A stretch of 63,922 nt of DNA, the filler included, from Octopus bimaculoides (Eukaryota), in the NCBI RefSeq assembly GCF_001194135.2. It is 4 parts of 4 records of this genome, joined end to end, with 100 filler letters (N's around TTAATTAATTAA, not from the genome) between each part and the next. Parts side by side here need not be neighbours in the genome. Positions count along the whole stretch, not along the records: positions 1 to 27,724 come from NC_068982.1; 3 more parts are not named here. One strand, given 5' to 3'. Position 1 is the stretch's first letter, and the number at the start of each line of letters is the position of its first letter. Under the pieces are notes generated by a model, which saw nothing but the letters and a program-made list of their open reading frames with translations, searched no databases and was not told the DNA's origin. Positions 1-12,409 of this stretch are shown piece by piece. The position numbers were made by a program, and so were the translations under genes.

Positions 1-60
1 GAAGACAGGTGGTGTAGATAACAAACAAGTATTAATTTAACGCTGGGGAAGTGAAAAAGT

Positions 61-96
61 CTTTAACGTTTCGAGCCTACGCTCTTCCACAGAAAG
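61..96 (-). ncRNA. Minimal type I hammerhead-ribozyme-like motif (core variant CUGUGGA), probably in a PLE pseudo-LTR-type repeat
   Basis: Minus strand reads cttt-CTGTGGA-a-gagc(gtag)gctc-GAAAC-GTT-aaag: 4 bp stem I, perfect 4 bp stem II, palindromic ACGU helix III. The A6 core position is U, so activity is doubtful. Confidence 0.55.
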
Positions 97-494
97 GAAC
101 ACAAAAAGAAACAAGGAGAGAAGATAAAGAATGTGTAGTGGCTAGCGATCTGTCATAGCGAATGCCGGACAGAGGGGTCACACAGGAGAACTAGGAAGAA
201 GGGGAGATAATAAAGTAGTGGTGATCCCAAAACGAAGGTGCGCGTGCGTATGTATAAGAGAGCATGTATGTGCGTGTGGAAGAGGGCTGGTGACCTTGAC
301 GTGTGTGTGTATGTATTGTTGTATGGATGATGATGTGGAGCTGGGAAGTGGTCAGTGCTAGTGTGCGCGTGGTGGTGTGATGTGATATGATGTGGTATTG
401 TGTGGTATAGTGGTGTATGCTGTAGTGGTGTGTCGTGTGGTGTAATGATGTTGGGATGTAGGGGAGGCGACTGTAGGGAAAGCAAGGGTGAAGT

Positions 495-610
495 GTAGGT
501 TAGGCTGAGGGTAGGGGTTGAGGTGGGGTATGTGGATTAGGCTGAGGATGTAGTAGAAGTGGGGTATGTGGGTTAGGCTGAGGGTGGGGGTAGAGGTGGG
601 GTATGTGGGA
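495..610 (+). repeat. G-rich ~37 bp tandem repeat, about 3 copies
   Basis: Repeated ttaggctgagggt...gaggtggggtatgtgg units inside a purine-rich stretch. Confidence 0.6.
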
Positions 611-960
611 GTGGGTATAAGAGATGGGGTTGGGGTGGGATGGGATGGATAGGGAAGGTGGGGCTAGATTGTGTAGGGTGGGGTGACGAGGGAGGGGTGA
701 CGATGAAGTGAGAAGGGGAGGGGAGAAGGTGGGTAAGAGTGAAGAGAAGAGAGGAGAGTAGGAGTGAAGAGAAGAAATAGGAGTCGGAGCAAGAGAGGAG
801 AGATGGGTGGGAGGAATAGGTGTGAGAGGGAGAAAGGAGAGAGGAGGAGGGTTAGATGAAGAGGGGAGGAGAGTTGAGCCTATGTGGCGGAAAGGAGCGA
901 AGAGAGAAGATTAATCCCTGTTCACGGCGCATATGTACATACATACAGACATACATACAA

Positions 961-1855
961 GTAGAGCGCGATGGGTAATTTGTCGCTATTTTATATTTTT
1001 AATTTCGCGCATGCGTATTGTTTGTTTTTGATGTTGTCGACTACACACTATAGTAGGGTCAGTTGGGCACTATCTGTGAGGAAAACAGCACCATGACGCA
1101 ATCCACTCGGCCTGAAATCTTGAAGCAACATGCCGTGATGCTTGGCGTTCGTGCTGGAAGCTCCAATACGAACATTTCAGAGTGTCTGGGTGTCAATCTG
1201 AGGACAGTGCAATTTGAAGACGTGTACCAAGAGTGATAAAAGTTAAACACCCAATCAACATTGTTGTGCTTGGAGTGATTGTTAATAGTGATGGTTACTA
1301 GTGATGCGTCTCTTCATCTTCCCACACGGCATCAGACTCAACACGGAGGCCTACATCAAGTGCCTGGAGGAGGTAGTGCTTCCCTGAGTGAAGAGGGTGG
1401 TTGCTGGAAGGCCCTATGTCTGGCAACAGGATTCTGTACCATGCCACACAAGCAGGAGAACCCGGTCGTGGCTGTCGGACAATTTCGGCGACCGCATCAA
1501 ACCTAACATCTGACCACCTAACTTCCCATACTGCAACCCCCTTGATTATTATGTGTGGGACACAGTTGAGCGAGAGACTAACAGAACTCCTTGTAACATC
1601 AAAGATGAACCGAACGCAAGGGTTATGCCAGCATTGGCCAACTTAAACAAGGAGACTGTCCAGAAGAGTTACAGGAGATTCCAAAGTCGTCTGGAGGCCA
1701 TGGTTGAATCCAATGGCGATTTTATTGAATAAATTTACTCTTTAGTATTTCGAGATATTTGCATGTCATTTTGGTAAATATATCTTTTAAAATGAGATGT
1801 CAATGTTATTTTCGTTAGTGCGTAATTTAGACGACAGTTTATACACCGCACCGTA
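961..1855 (+). mobile_element. Internally deleted, frameshifted Tc1/mariner-superfamily transposon, DD37D (maT) type
   Basis: ATG at 1093 gives MTQSTRPEILKQHAVMLGVRAGSSNTNISECLGVNLRTVQ (HTH-like). Downstream broken frames give HPINIV.GV, GIRLNTEAYIKCLEEVVLP, GRPYVWQQDS.PCH, W.PN.P.CNPLDY, and FQSRLEAMVESNGDFIE-stop (~1732). Reconstructed D-to-D spacing is about 37. Degenerate TIRs at ~961-985 and ~1830-1855. Confidence 0.85.
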
Positions 1856-2225
1856 CCCGGATATGCAACTATATATACATGTAGATGTAGGTATGTACAT
1901 ATATGTATGTATACATGCATATGCTCATATATCATTTGTATTATATATATATATATATATATACATACATAGATGCACGTATGCATATATATATGTATAT
2001 AAATGTGTGTATGCGTGTGGGTGGGTGTGTGCGTATGTGTGTATGTGGGTATGTGTGTGTGTATGTGCACACAACCACACACCATCTCAGGCAACAGCGT
2101 TATCCTGTTATCTTACTATATGTGGTGTGTAAGTGTGTGTGCGCGTATGTGTGTGTATGTATATATACACACAGACACATAAATATATGTATATATATAC
2201 GCATACATTCATACATTATCGTGAA

Positions 2226-2500
2226 GGCGCGTGGCTTAGTGGTTAGGGTATTCGACTCACGATCGTAAGGTCGTGAGTTCAATTCTATGGCAAAAAGAGT
2301 AGTACCTGAATTTCAAAGGACCAGCCATGTGACACTCTGTGTCATATGACACTCTGTGTCACACTGAATCTCCCTGAAAACTACGTTAAGGGTACACGTG
2401 TCTGTGGAGTGCTCAGCCACTTGCACGTTAATTTCCCGAGCAAGCTGTCCTGTTGATCGTATCAGCTGGGACCCTTGTCATCATAACCAACGGAGTGCTC
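2226..2500 (+). mobile_element. tRNA-derived SINE, family A, internally deleted
   Basis: Head ggcgcgtggcttagtggttagggtattcgactcacgatcgtaaggtcgtgagttcaattc carries Pol III A box (TGGCTTAGTGG) and B box (GAGTTCAATTC). The body gtgtctgtggagtgctcagccacttgcacgttaattt recurs at ~30900. Confidence 0.85.
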
Positions 2501-2730
2501 CATACATTATATATGTGTATTCATATTTATACGTATGTATATATGCTCACTCACACATATACATACATTATTCATTATTCTGGAGAAATCATCATCATCA
2601 TTATAATTATAATTATAATTATTATCATTATTATTGTTATTATTGTTGTTATATGCGTTCATGTGTGTCTATCCACGCACACGTATAAATACTTACGTAA
2701 AATATATCTAGATACGGATAGATATACATC

Positions 2731-2774
<44 letters not shown>

Positions 2775-2911
2775 NNNNNNNNNNNNNNNNNNNNNNNNNN
2801 NNNNNNNNNNNNNNNNNNNNNNNNNNNNNNNNNNNNNNNNNNNNNNNNNNNNNNNNNNNNNNNNNNNNNNNNNNNNNNNNNNNNNNNNNNNNNNNNNNNN
2901 NNNNNNNNNNN

Positions 2912-2953
<42 letters not shown>

Positions 2954-3676
2954 GTAGTTATAAATATTAATCATGATCTGTACGCTGGCTATGCTATTAT
3001 ACACACACACTGTCTCTCTGTCTTTCTCTTTCTCTTCCCCCCCTCTCTCTCTCTCACACACACACATTTACACACACACACATTCAGATTCACACACACA
3101 CACACAGAAACAATTATCTGTGTGTGTGTGTGTGTGTGTGTGAGAAGTTCAATTAATTACTGTAATTATAGTTGACATATCGCCCTCACATGACCATCTC
3201 CTATCTTCACCAATACCAGAAAAACCAAGCGTCTATCACGTGTTGTTGGTGGTGGTGATGGTGATGGTGGTTTTTACGCTGTTTTGTTGCGGTATTTTGT
3301 AGTTGTTTTTTTTTCATCATTATGAAAATCATCATCATCATCATCGTCGTCATTTTCGATATCATTCTTATCATCGCCGCCATCATTATAGTCACCACCA
3401 CCACCACCACCACCACCACTACCACCACCTCCTCAACTGCTGCAAGCATTGCCACTACTACCAATCTCTTCACTAACGTAATCGTTAATTCTACCACCGC
3501 CACCAGCAATATCCGTTTCATCATCATCATTATCATTTTCATAAGCAACAGCAGCTGCAGCAGAAGCAGCAACAAAAGCAGTAGCAGCATGAACAGCAAC
3601 TACAGCAACGTTGTCATTGCCACCACCGTCTTGAATATTATGGTCACTCGACATGCTAGAACTAGCCATCGAATCA

Positions 3677-4099
3677 GATCTTTTTGAAATTTCAAGTATT
3701 TAAAATCTTCATCAGGTTTTTGTTTCATATTCGATACATTGATATTATTTTGCGTTCTGATCGCGAAAATTACATTTATTTCCTCTTGAAATTCATAGTA
3801 AAAGAAAGTTACAAGCATTTAGAATTCTGTGATTTTAGCAAATCGCAAACCTCGATTCTCGACATATCGAAAGTCCAGACAGTTGCGACTTCCGGGATAT
3901 CGACAACTGAGGTTTTTGATTGCGTAAAATTACATAAATTTAAATGTTTGGGACTTTTTTACTATCAGTTTCTTGGAAAAAAATAAATGAACGCGATTTT
4001 CTTCGTCAGTATGCAAAACTACATCAGAGTAAAAAATTTGCAAAATATCTGATGAGAATTCGAAATACTTGAAGCGGTCGGAAGAATTTTGAAAAGATC
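3677..4099. mobile_element. Fold-back (whole-length imperfect palindrome) MITE-like element
   Basis: Arms align along the whole length: ttcaagtattt/aaatacttgaa, atagtaaaagaaagt/actttttttactat, catttagaatt/aaatttaaatg, aaacctc/gaggttt, aaagtc/gactt. Central loop near 3876-3886. Confidence 0.65.
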
Positions 4100-4609
4100 C
4101 GTCAAATGTCGCTCAAATCATAGCTCTACTCTCAAAAACAAAACAAACAAAAAAAGGGCACATTGGATAATGTAGTCCTAGATCACAGCCCATCTTGTAA
4201 TTGCCGATAAGATGTTTTTAATCAGGAGCTGATCTGGGGTTAAACACCAACAGCCCCTACAATCCTCCTCCTCCTCCTCCTCCTCCCCCCCTCATCATCA
4301 TCATCATCAGCAGCAGCAGCAGCACCATCAGTATCTTGCTGACATTTTTTGGTTTTTATCTTATAGTGATGTGAGAAAAGCATTGCCCTTCACTCTTTAC
4401 AGAGCCTCTGAGTGTAGTGGGAGGGAAGGTGGTATCCTTAACCAGAAGTCTGGTTAGATTCCCGACAGCTAAAGGAATCCAGTGGCCAGGTGGAGGCAGG
4501 TGTTAAATCGGGTGACGGATTAAGTCTATCACAAAGGGTGGCAACAAACACTACTAGGTATCCGAGTCAACTTTCTTATCGTTCCACTAATCATCGCCCG
4601 AAATTATGG

Positions 4610-4670
4610 TTTATTTATCGACCCTGAAAGAACGATAGTCAAAGCGACTTCGGTGGAATTTGAACTTGGG
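4610..4670 (-). mobile_element. Degenerate fragment of SINE family C
   Basis: Reverse complement resembles aaattccaccgaggtcgactttgcctttcatcctttcggggtcgataaa of the 43753 and 44565 copies. Confidence 0.5.
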
Positions 4671-4731
4671 AGAGACAAAATTGAAATAAATACCACTTAG
4701 TCCTCTATTGACTCTACCACATACCCTTTTG

Positions 4732-4984
4732 TTAACCCTTTTGATACCAACTCGTCTGGGACCGATCTTGGTTCCATAAAACAAACTACTTGTTTGAAAG
4801 TAAAGTAAATTAAAAAATTCTTACATCAAAATTTTATGTAAATTTCCGTTCCAAACACCAGCTTAATAATGACAAAATTATTTTATCAAATTCTTTATTA
4901 TTTTCAAAATTGATTGAAACAAGGGCAGTTTGTTTTGGTAACAATATTGTAACAGAAGGGGAATGAGTGAAAGCGGAGGGTTAA
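4732..4984. mobile_element. Possible piggyBac-type (TTAA) MITE
   Basis: Starts TTAA-CCCTT. Candidate right ends are ...aagggg at ~4961 or GGG-TTAA at 4978-4984. TIR similarity is weak. Confidence 0.35.
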
Positions 4985-7038
4985 CTGAAATTTAGTTTTA
5001 ATTCTGAAATGAAGGAACATTTCCCATGACGAATAAACCCTCTTCCGCTGATGTCTACGTCTCGTGTTGCCCGTAAATAAACCGCCTCCAAATAAAACTA
5101 TTTCCCACATGACAAGAAACTTTACCATTTCCGATATCTTTAGCTGGGCCGCAGTCATCTCGATTGACAGACGATTTGAATAAAGACACGTAAATCATTA
5201 ATCATAAGCTTTGTTATTCTATTAAAGTATTTGGATGTTTTTTTTTTAAACAGATCTCGTAATTTATCGGTCTTTTGATCTCCCAAATTCTTATTGATCC
5301 ATGAAATCCTTGGTCCATTATACAATATTCAAACTTTATTTGACTATTGAACAGTTTCGAACTATTAATAAATTGGTCCATTGGTCCAATATATAATTAT
5401 TAAAGTACTTATATATTGGTATGTTCCTCTATTGATCTGTTTGATCATTTGTAGGGTAGTTCTTTCTTTTTTATCTATTGCTTTATTAATATCGCCCTAG
5501 TTTGTTAATCCATCGATTCATTGACAGATCATTCAGTGGATCAATTATTCCATTAACTATTTGTCTACTGATCTGGTGTCTTTCGCAGATCTGTTGTTTC
5601 GATATCGTTCTGTTTATCAGAAGTCGATTATGTGGACTGTGGCTTTATCGGTTCACGAGTGATTTCATAGGTCACATGCACCGCCATCAATGTACCTACG
5701 GTCATTCAATGTGGTCATAAGTTTATGGGGCATTACTCCCTCAGTTTAGGTCGGGTTTGTCCACGATCCGTCCTTTATTTATGTATTTATGCAATTTATA
5801 GGTCTGTTATTCATAAATTCTTGTATTGATCTATCTATTTATCGCTAGAGTCAGTATTTATTTCACTCGCTCGTTAATCTGTCAATTTGTTCATTTGTTG
5901 ACTCATTGTTATATCTGTCTGTTATGTCTGTTTGTTGGTCGTCACTTTAACCACTCAAATATAGATTATGCCTTCATTTACAACATCCTGCATTCACCCG
6001 GCACTTGTTCCTACACTCACACATTCTCATTTTGTCATTAATCACACGTTCATCACTCGTCAAGCAAATATGCATCGATCGTTCACTCATTCCTAATATT
6101 CTCACTCCCTTTACTGGCCACCACAGAAATGTTTCCCAATCGTTCAGCCACCACTGACTCATTCACTCAGTTTCTTATTCATTCAACTACCGACGTATTT
6201 ACTCAGTCACTCAGTGTATCTCTGTTCCCGGTATATATATCTCAACCTGATCTCTCTCTCTTTCTCTCTCTCTTTTTCTCTCACACTCCCCACTTCCAGC
6301 ATAACCTGTCTTACCACTCACTGGACAACAACCAACGACATTGACGGATAGCTTGATTATGCCACTGCTACAGCTGACACATTATATTTGCTTTACATTC
6401 TCACAAAACCAATTCAAATGGTCAGTGGTTGTTGTTGTTGTTGTTGTTTGTGGTGGTGGTGGTAATCGTCGTCGTCGTTGAGGTATAAATGACAATGGTG
6501 ACAGTGGTGGAAGCATTAGTTGAGGTGAACATGGTGGTGATTGTGGTGATGGTGGTTGCGGAGAAAGTGTCAGCTGATGTGATTATATCGGTAAACGTAA
6601 ACATGTAGCAGAAATGCACATACGCAAAGGAATAGACATTCAAACATGCACGTTACTGTATGTGTGTGAGTGTGTGTGTAAATACATACACAACACACAT
6701 ACATATATATATATAAATACATATATACATATGCATATATACCCACATATGTGCATATATATACATACATACATACATATATATATATANNNNNNNNNNN
6801 NNNNNNNNNNNNNNNNNNNNNNNNNNNNNNNNNNNNNNNNNNNNNNNNNNNNNNNNNNNNNNNNNNNNNNNNNNNNNNNNNNNNNNNNNNNNNNNNNNNN
6901 NNNNNNNNNNNNNNNNNNNNNNNNNNNNNNNNNNNNNNNNNNNNNNNNNNNNNNNNNNNNNNNNNNNNNNNNNNNNNNNCGATTAGACGTACACAGTGAC
7001 GCTCGGTGAAAGTTTTAGATGGAAAAATAGGAGTGGAA

Positions 7039-7069
7039 GTGACGTTTCGAGCCTGGCTTTTCGTCGGAC
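7039..7069 (-). ncRNA. Degenerate minimal hammerhead-like motif
   Basis: Minus strand gt-CCGACGA-a-aagc(cag)gctc-GAAAC-GTC-ac. ACGU helix III and a GUC triplet; stem I only 2 bp; G10.1 mutated. Confidence 0.5.
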
Positions 7070-7726
7070 AGAGGAAACAGTCCAGAGAGGAGGAAAAAGA
7101 GGAAAGACCAGTTAGTCTAAAGAAAAGCACATGTGTCGTTACATGTGTGTATGTGTGTGCAGGATGTATGCAGTGAAAATCGAAGTGGGACTTGGAAACG
7201 ATCAACGGAAGAGAACAATTAAATATAAAGCACCGTTGATAACAAACTGAGCGTTAGGCATTTAATGACTTTGGTGACACAATAATTAAGAGAAGAAGAC
7301 AAAAATTTAAGAGCATCGAACTGGAATAACGTTCGTAAAAGAAAAGACAGAATAATGCTAGGAATTCTGAGATTCGCAAAACTAACAGTAGCAGTAGCAG
7401 CAGCAGCAAAATACATGAAGAAAGAATAAGCTAGATATTCAGGAAAGTCAGAAAGGAATATCAAGAGAGGTGGGTAAGAAATAGTATCAGTGAAAACAAA
7501 GACAAAGACAGAGAGAGTGAGAGAAATGGACAGAGAGAGAAAGACAGAGAGACAGACAGAGACAGAAGAAGAGGGTGGGAAAGAAAGAGAAAATGAAAGG
7601 AGACAGAGAAAAGATTAGGTACATATACAGCCAAAAACAAAAACAGAATCATAAAATAAAAAGAACAAAAGTAAAAGAGACAGTATTACTATGTTGACGC
7701 TGAAAACAGAATGGAAAGACTAAAAG

Positions 7727-7761
7727 GTATTACGTTTCGGACATAGATCTTCTTCGGATAC
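7727..7761 (-). ncRNA. Minimal hammerhead-like motif
   Basis: Minus strand gtat-CCGAAGA-agat(ctat)gtcc-GAAAC-GTA-atac. 4 bp stem I, 3 bp stem II plus an A.C mismatch, ACGU helix III. Confidence 0.55.
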
Positions 7762-7992
7762 AAGACAAAAGTCGAAGGAAATTTGGGAAAGAAAGGAAGA
7801 GAAAAAAGGATATATAAAAATCAATAGAGCTACAAAAGTCATGCACGTTGGGTTGGTGCACATGTTCAACGTTTGACAACGACGGAATTGTGAGAGGATA
7901 ATTGTGATTTTGATGACAAGAAAGTGTGACTGTTAATGTGTATATGTTTCTGTGTACATGTTCATATATCTACACACACACACGCGCGCAGG

Positions 7993-8023
<31 letters not shown>

Positions 8024-8151
8024 ACACACACACACACACTCTTACACACCCACATACATACACACACATATGTACATACATATATGTATATAATGGGTAA
8101 ATATACATGTATAATATACTATATACAGTATATACACTATATATGCATATA

Positions 8152-8987
8152 CGTGGTCTAATCAATAAGTATCCGGACTGTTAAAGGATGCAGAGTGGAG
8201 CTGCTTGGCACAGATTGACCTTGATCTCTGCTGTGCATGTGCACCGTTTTAACGTTCTAGCTCACTTCTGCTGTTTACAGCAGTGTTTGGAAGGAAGGTG
8301 TGTAGGGTTTGGTTGTCGCATTCACCATGACAGAGAAAGCTGAGCAGAGAATCTGCATCAAATTTTGCCAAAAGCTTGGCAATACCTGCTCAGAGGCCTA
8401 CAAAAAGTCTTCAGAAAGTTTTCATCGTTCTCGACATGATCAAGATCTTGTGCAACTGAAACTCAAGTGTCTTTTTGGTCAGCTAAAAGCAGTTTTGGCA
8501 CGCGTCTCATGCTCAAATCTTCAGTGATAGTGAACTGAATTGAACCCTAACTAATCTGCACATTCTCTGATAACTCACAGATGATGATTTTCCCTCACAG
8601 CTTCATGCGCATCTGTAATGTTTTTCTCAGTTCTGCTGGCTGTGGGTCCTCAAAAACGTTCGTCATTATCGACATTTTTTCGGCCATCTTGGAAACGTTT
8701 GAACCACTCATACACTTGTATGTGGCTCCATACGCTTTCCGCAACTTTGCGTAGGTCTCTGAGCAGGTATCTCTATGACAACTTTCTCTGTCATGGTCAA
8801 TGTGACGATCACACGCAACAAACCTTCCTTCGAAGCACTGCTGTAAACAACAGAAATGAGCTAGAACGTTGAAACTTATTGAGCATGCACAGCAGAGTTC
8901 AAGGTCAATGTGAGTCAAGCAGCTTCATTCTGTATGCTTTAACCTTGATTCTATGGCAAAGTCCGGATACTTCATGATCAGACCTTG
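8152..8987. mobile_element. Non-autonomous mariner derivative made of two inverted 5' ends, flanked by TA
   Basis: Plus arm 8152-8403: TIR cgtggtctaatcaataagtatccggact, then MTEKAEQRICIKFCQKLGNTCSEAY. Minus arm 8987-8404: TIR caaggtctgatcatgaagtatccggact, then YEWFKRFQDGR..D.DER, ITEDLSMRRVPKLLLADQK, VAQDLDHVENDENFLKT. TA at 8150-8151 and 8988-8989. Confidence 0.85.
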
Positions 8988-9005
8988 TATAATAGTTATA
9001 CCTAC

Positions 9006-9089
<84 letters not shown>

Positions 9090-10640
9090 AAGAGAGAGGG
9101 AGGAGAAAGAGAGAGGGAAAGAGAGAATGAGGCACAGAGAGACAGACAGAGAAAGAAAGATAGGTAGATAGATAGATAGATAAACAAACAAATAAATGTG
9201 TGAATGTGTATGTATAAATGTAGATCGATAACAAAGTTGATAGATGGGCAGGTAAAGTAGACGGGCCATAAATTAAGGGGTAACATGATTGATTAATTGA
9301 TTTCCCTTTAATTAGATAATTCAGGCAAACCTCATCGGAAGTTGTGTTTTTCTCTGATAGTGAAATTCGCTACAATTCGCTTCCTTGACAATCTTCCAAG
9401 ATTACTGAACTAATCAATTCTTTCAGATTGGCTGGCAATTTTTACCTTGTAGCTTTTTAGGAAAGAATTTTGAAAAATTTAAGAAAAGACCCACCATCAC
9501 CAATGATTACACGCACGCATACACACACGCGTGTGTGTGTATATATTGATACATACATATCTACAAATATACATGCAAATATATACGCGTACATATATAC
9601 ATATATGCATACGTACTTATATTCAAATATTCATATCCCATACAAAACACAGACGTACGCATGCGCACATATATACTTAACAAATAAGGAGTATTAGCAA
9701 TATTTGGCTATTGATGAAGCTATCACGACAGTGGCGTGAATAAGGAGAGAGGAATCAAAAACATGGCATCGAAGATTTTCTTTTGACATCAATGCAATAT
9801 CCAACGAATTTTCCATACCTTATCTGGGACTATGTTTTTCGGATACCTGGCGGCTGAGGAAATCTGCTTCGATGTATGTTAAAACTCATCAGGTAGTAAG
9901 TTCCACAAGAATAATATTAATGATCATTATTTCAGATAAAAATACTGAAGAAAGAGGTTTAAAATTTTTTCAGGCATATTTTGAGTATCGTTTAGATTTA
10001 CTCAGACGATTCTACTGAACATCAACACGAATAATAAGTACACTGAACAAATTCTCAAAAGTGAGGTGGGGAGTAAATACGCCAGGGAGCATTTACTTGA
10101 AAATAAAACACGCGATGACTGTACATAGACAAAGGTCTGGATTAGAAATATTCTTGTGCCTGTATGTTTTCTGAAAGCTTGAGAATGATTCCAGTATGGG
10201 CAGGAAGTGTAATATCTTTTTATAGATTTTTTTTTTTTTTACAATTTGTCCGTTATATCACAGTCCATTAAAAAGTGATATCTACAAAAGCCCTTAAATC
10301 CCAAGATACAAATGAAAATGTCAACTTTATCATAATATCAGGAAGTAAACATTCCGAACATTTTTGGACGAACAATCCTAGAACTGATAGACGAATCTAA
10401 GTTAACAACCACCCAAAGGGAATGAATTCTGTATTCTAATAAAAAAAATTTCGTTTTGGTTAAAATACCAAAACATTAAAACAAGTTCTAGTGTTGACAG
10501 GATTAACTGACTCGAGTGACCTCGAGATCTTGATATAATGTCACACAATATGGTTTTAAAATTCAAGAACAAGACAGAAATAAAATACCTTTTGCACAAA
10601 ATGAATCAGTGAATCCCTTAAAACCCTTAAACAGGTCTGA

Positions 10641-10895
10641 TAATATCGATTATGTAACATAATATCGACTATGCAACATAATATCGAGTGTGCACGCCAA
10701 TAGCAATTATGTAACACAACGTCGACTGCGTAGCATAACATACATTATGCAACATTATATCGATTATGCAACACAACACCGTTAATGTAACAATATTGAT
10801 TATGTAACACACATCAAATATGTAACAAGAATCGAGTATGTAACATTGCTTAACATAGATATGTTGCATGATATAGCTTATGCTGCATAATATTT
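10641..10895. repeat. 19 bp minisatellite, about 13 diverged copies
   Basis: Consensus taatatcgattatgcaaca. The first eight units are exactly 19 bp. Confidence 0.85.
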
Positions 10896-11295
10896 ATTCA
10901 GTTACATATCTGGGGAAGATTTAATAGATGTAGGCAGTAGCTTCCCTCAGAATCTTACCAAAATAATTACGTTCTAATATGGTATGACGCTGTTACTGTT
11001 AAAATGAGATCTGAAAGAACGACTGCCCAAGGACAAATGCAAAATATATTTCTCTTTAATATTTGTGCCAAATGGTTCACTTGTTAAAAAAATTCACACG
11101 TTCCAACATAGGAAATATTGGTGGAATATTCCCATCAAGTCTACCACTAAATGACGACAAAAGTGTCATAAAATAGAAATTATGGCCTGTTGAGGTGTAG
11201 TGACCAGCAAATGTGAATATTTCATTTAAAATCAATGGAAAATCATTTATAGAGAAATACTTTAAGCCTTACAATTCCAACAGCGTGATTGGACG

Positions 11296-11394
11296 TAATA
11301 ATTATACTAATATCCTCCTAGTAACATAACTAGGTCACTTGGGGTAGTGACATAATAATTATACTAATATCCTCCTAGTAACATAACTAGGTCA
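11296..11394 (+). repeat. Exact 42 bp direct duplication with 15 bp spacer
   Basis: taataattatactaatatcctcctagtaacataactaggtca at 11296-11337 and 11353-11394. Each copy contains a cctagt/actagg hairpin. Confidence 0.85.
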
Positions 11395-12300
11395 AACTCT
11401 GGGGTTTTCATACAAACACAGAAACCGTCTAGCTTTAATCTGAAAGAGTAATTGTCAAAGCATGCAAAATGTTTCGAAAATGCTGCATAGAACGATTTTA
11501 ATGTTGACATATAACGTCCAGTAATAAAATTTTGACTTAGAAACCTACACTCTTCCTTAGAGGAAATAGCAAAAGAATGTTTTTTTTTTTATAAAAGAAA
11601 AGATTCGCAGAAGCACAAAAGCAAATTTACACACACAAACACCATTCACTCATTGTAACTAATTTAGACATCCACTTTTAGCGTATAGGCGCTGGCATTC
11701 CAGAGCCCTTAATTATAACTATATTTTATGATTATACACGTAAAAATTAATTTTACCGACACGGTCACTTTTTATATGCTAGCCACTGATATGATTATTT
11801 TAATGATTATATACTTAATTTATAAGTATAAATAATTTTTTAGTGCTCTAGTCATTACATTATACTACGAGATTGTATTTACCCCGTATGATTTCTGACA
11901 TTAACCACATGGTCGAGATGGGCTAGTAGATAGAATGTATACGCAGGAAACGCATGTATATATTGGTATCTACGAATAGATTTACCGGTATGTATATGTA
12001 TTTTTGTTTATATGTTTATCGGTGTATTTCTACTGAGGATTGCAAAGCAGTTTCTATTGCAGAGCATGAAATCTTAGGATATAGGATTATCCGAAATTTT
12101 GTAAAACTTCTTACCCATTACCTCGCATCCGACCTATAAATAGAGAACTAATTCAGAGTGGATTCTACTGGTGTGTTTATGTCTCCGTAATCTAGCGGTT
12201 CGGCAAAACAAACCGATAGTCGAATGACTGAAACTAATAAAAGAATAAAAGAATATATATATATATAAACAGAATGAGATAAAAAAAAATCCAAAGCCGT

Positions 12301-12409
12301 GAATAGTTTTCAGAACATTTATAAAAAGGTCTTATAGCTGTTTCCGGGATATTTTATATATCCCGGAAACAGCTGTAAGATCTCTTTATAAATGTTCTGA
12401 AAACGATTC
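12301..12409. repeat. 109 bp inverted repeat made of two hammerhead/pLTR 3' halves
   Basis: 52 bp arms with about 4 mismatches around a 5 nt loop (12353-12357). The right arm atatcccggaaacagctgtaag matches the 3' half of the 14606 motif. Confidence 0.85.

Noticed and set aside
2226-2290. tRNA gene
   Set aside because: The tRNA-like head lacks a complete acceptor stem and continues into a repeated SINE body.
3207-3687. Poly-Thr/Ser/Ile ORFs resembling mucins
   Set aside because: Translations of mixed trinucleotide microsatellites, with no splice or domain support.
9740-10018. ~92-codon stop-free frame (WHRRFSFDINAISNEF...)
   Set aside because: No recognisable motif, early start codon or clear splice sites; compatible with chance.
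10641-10895. CRISPR-like appearance of periodic repeats
   Set aside because: Tandem units without unique spacers, eukaryotic context, and no cas genes.
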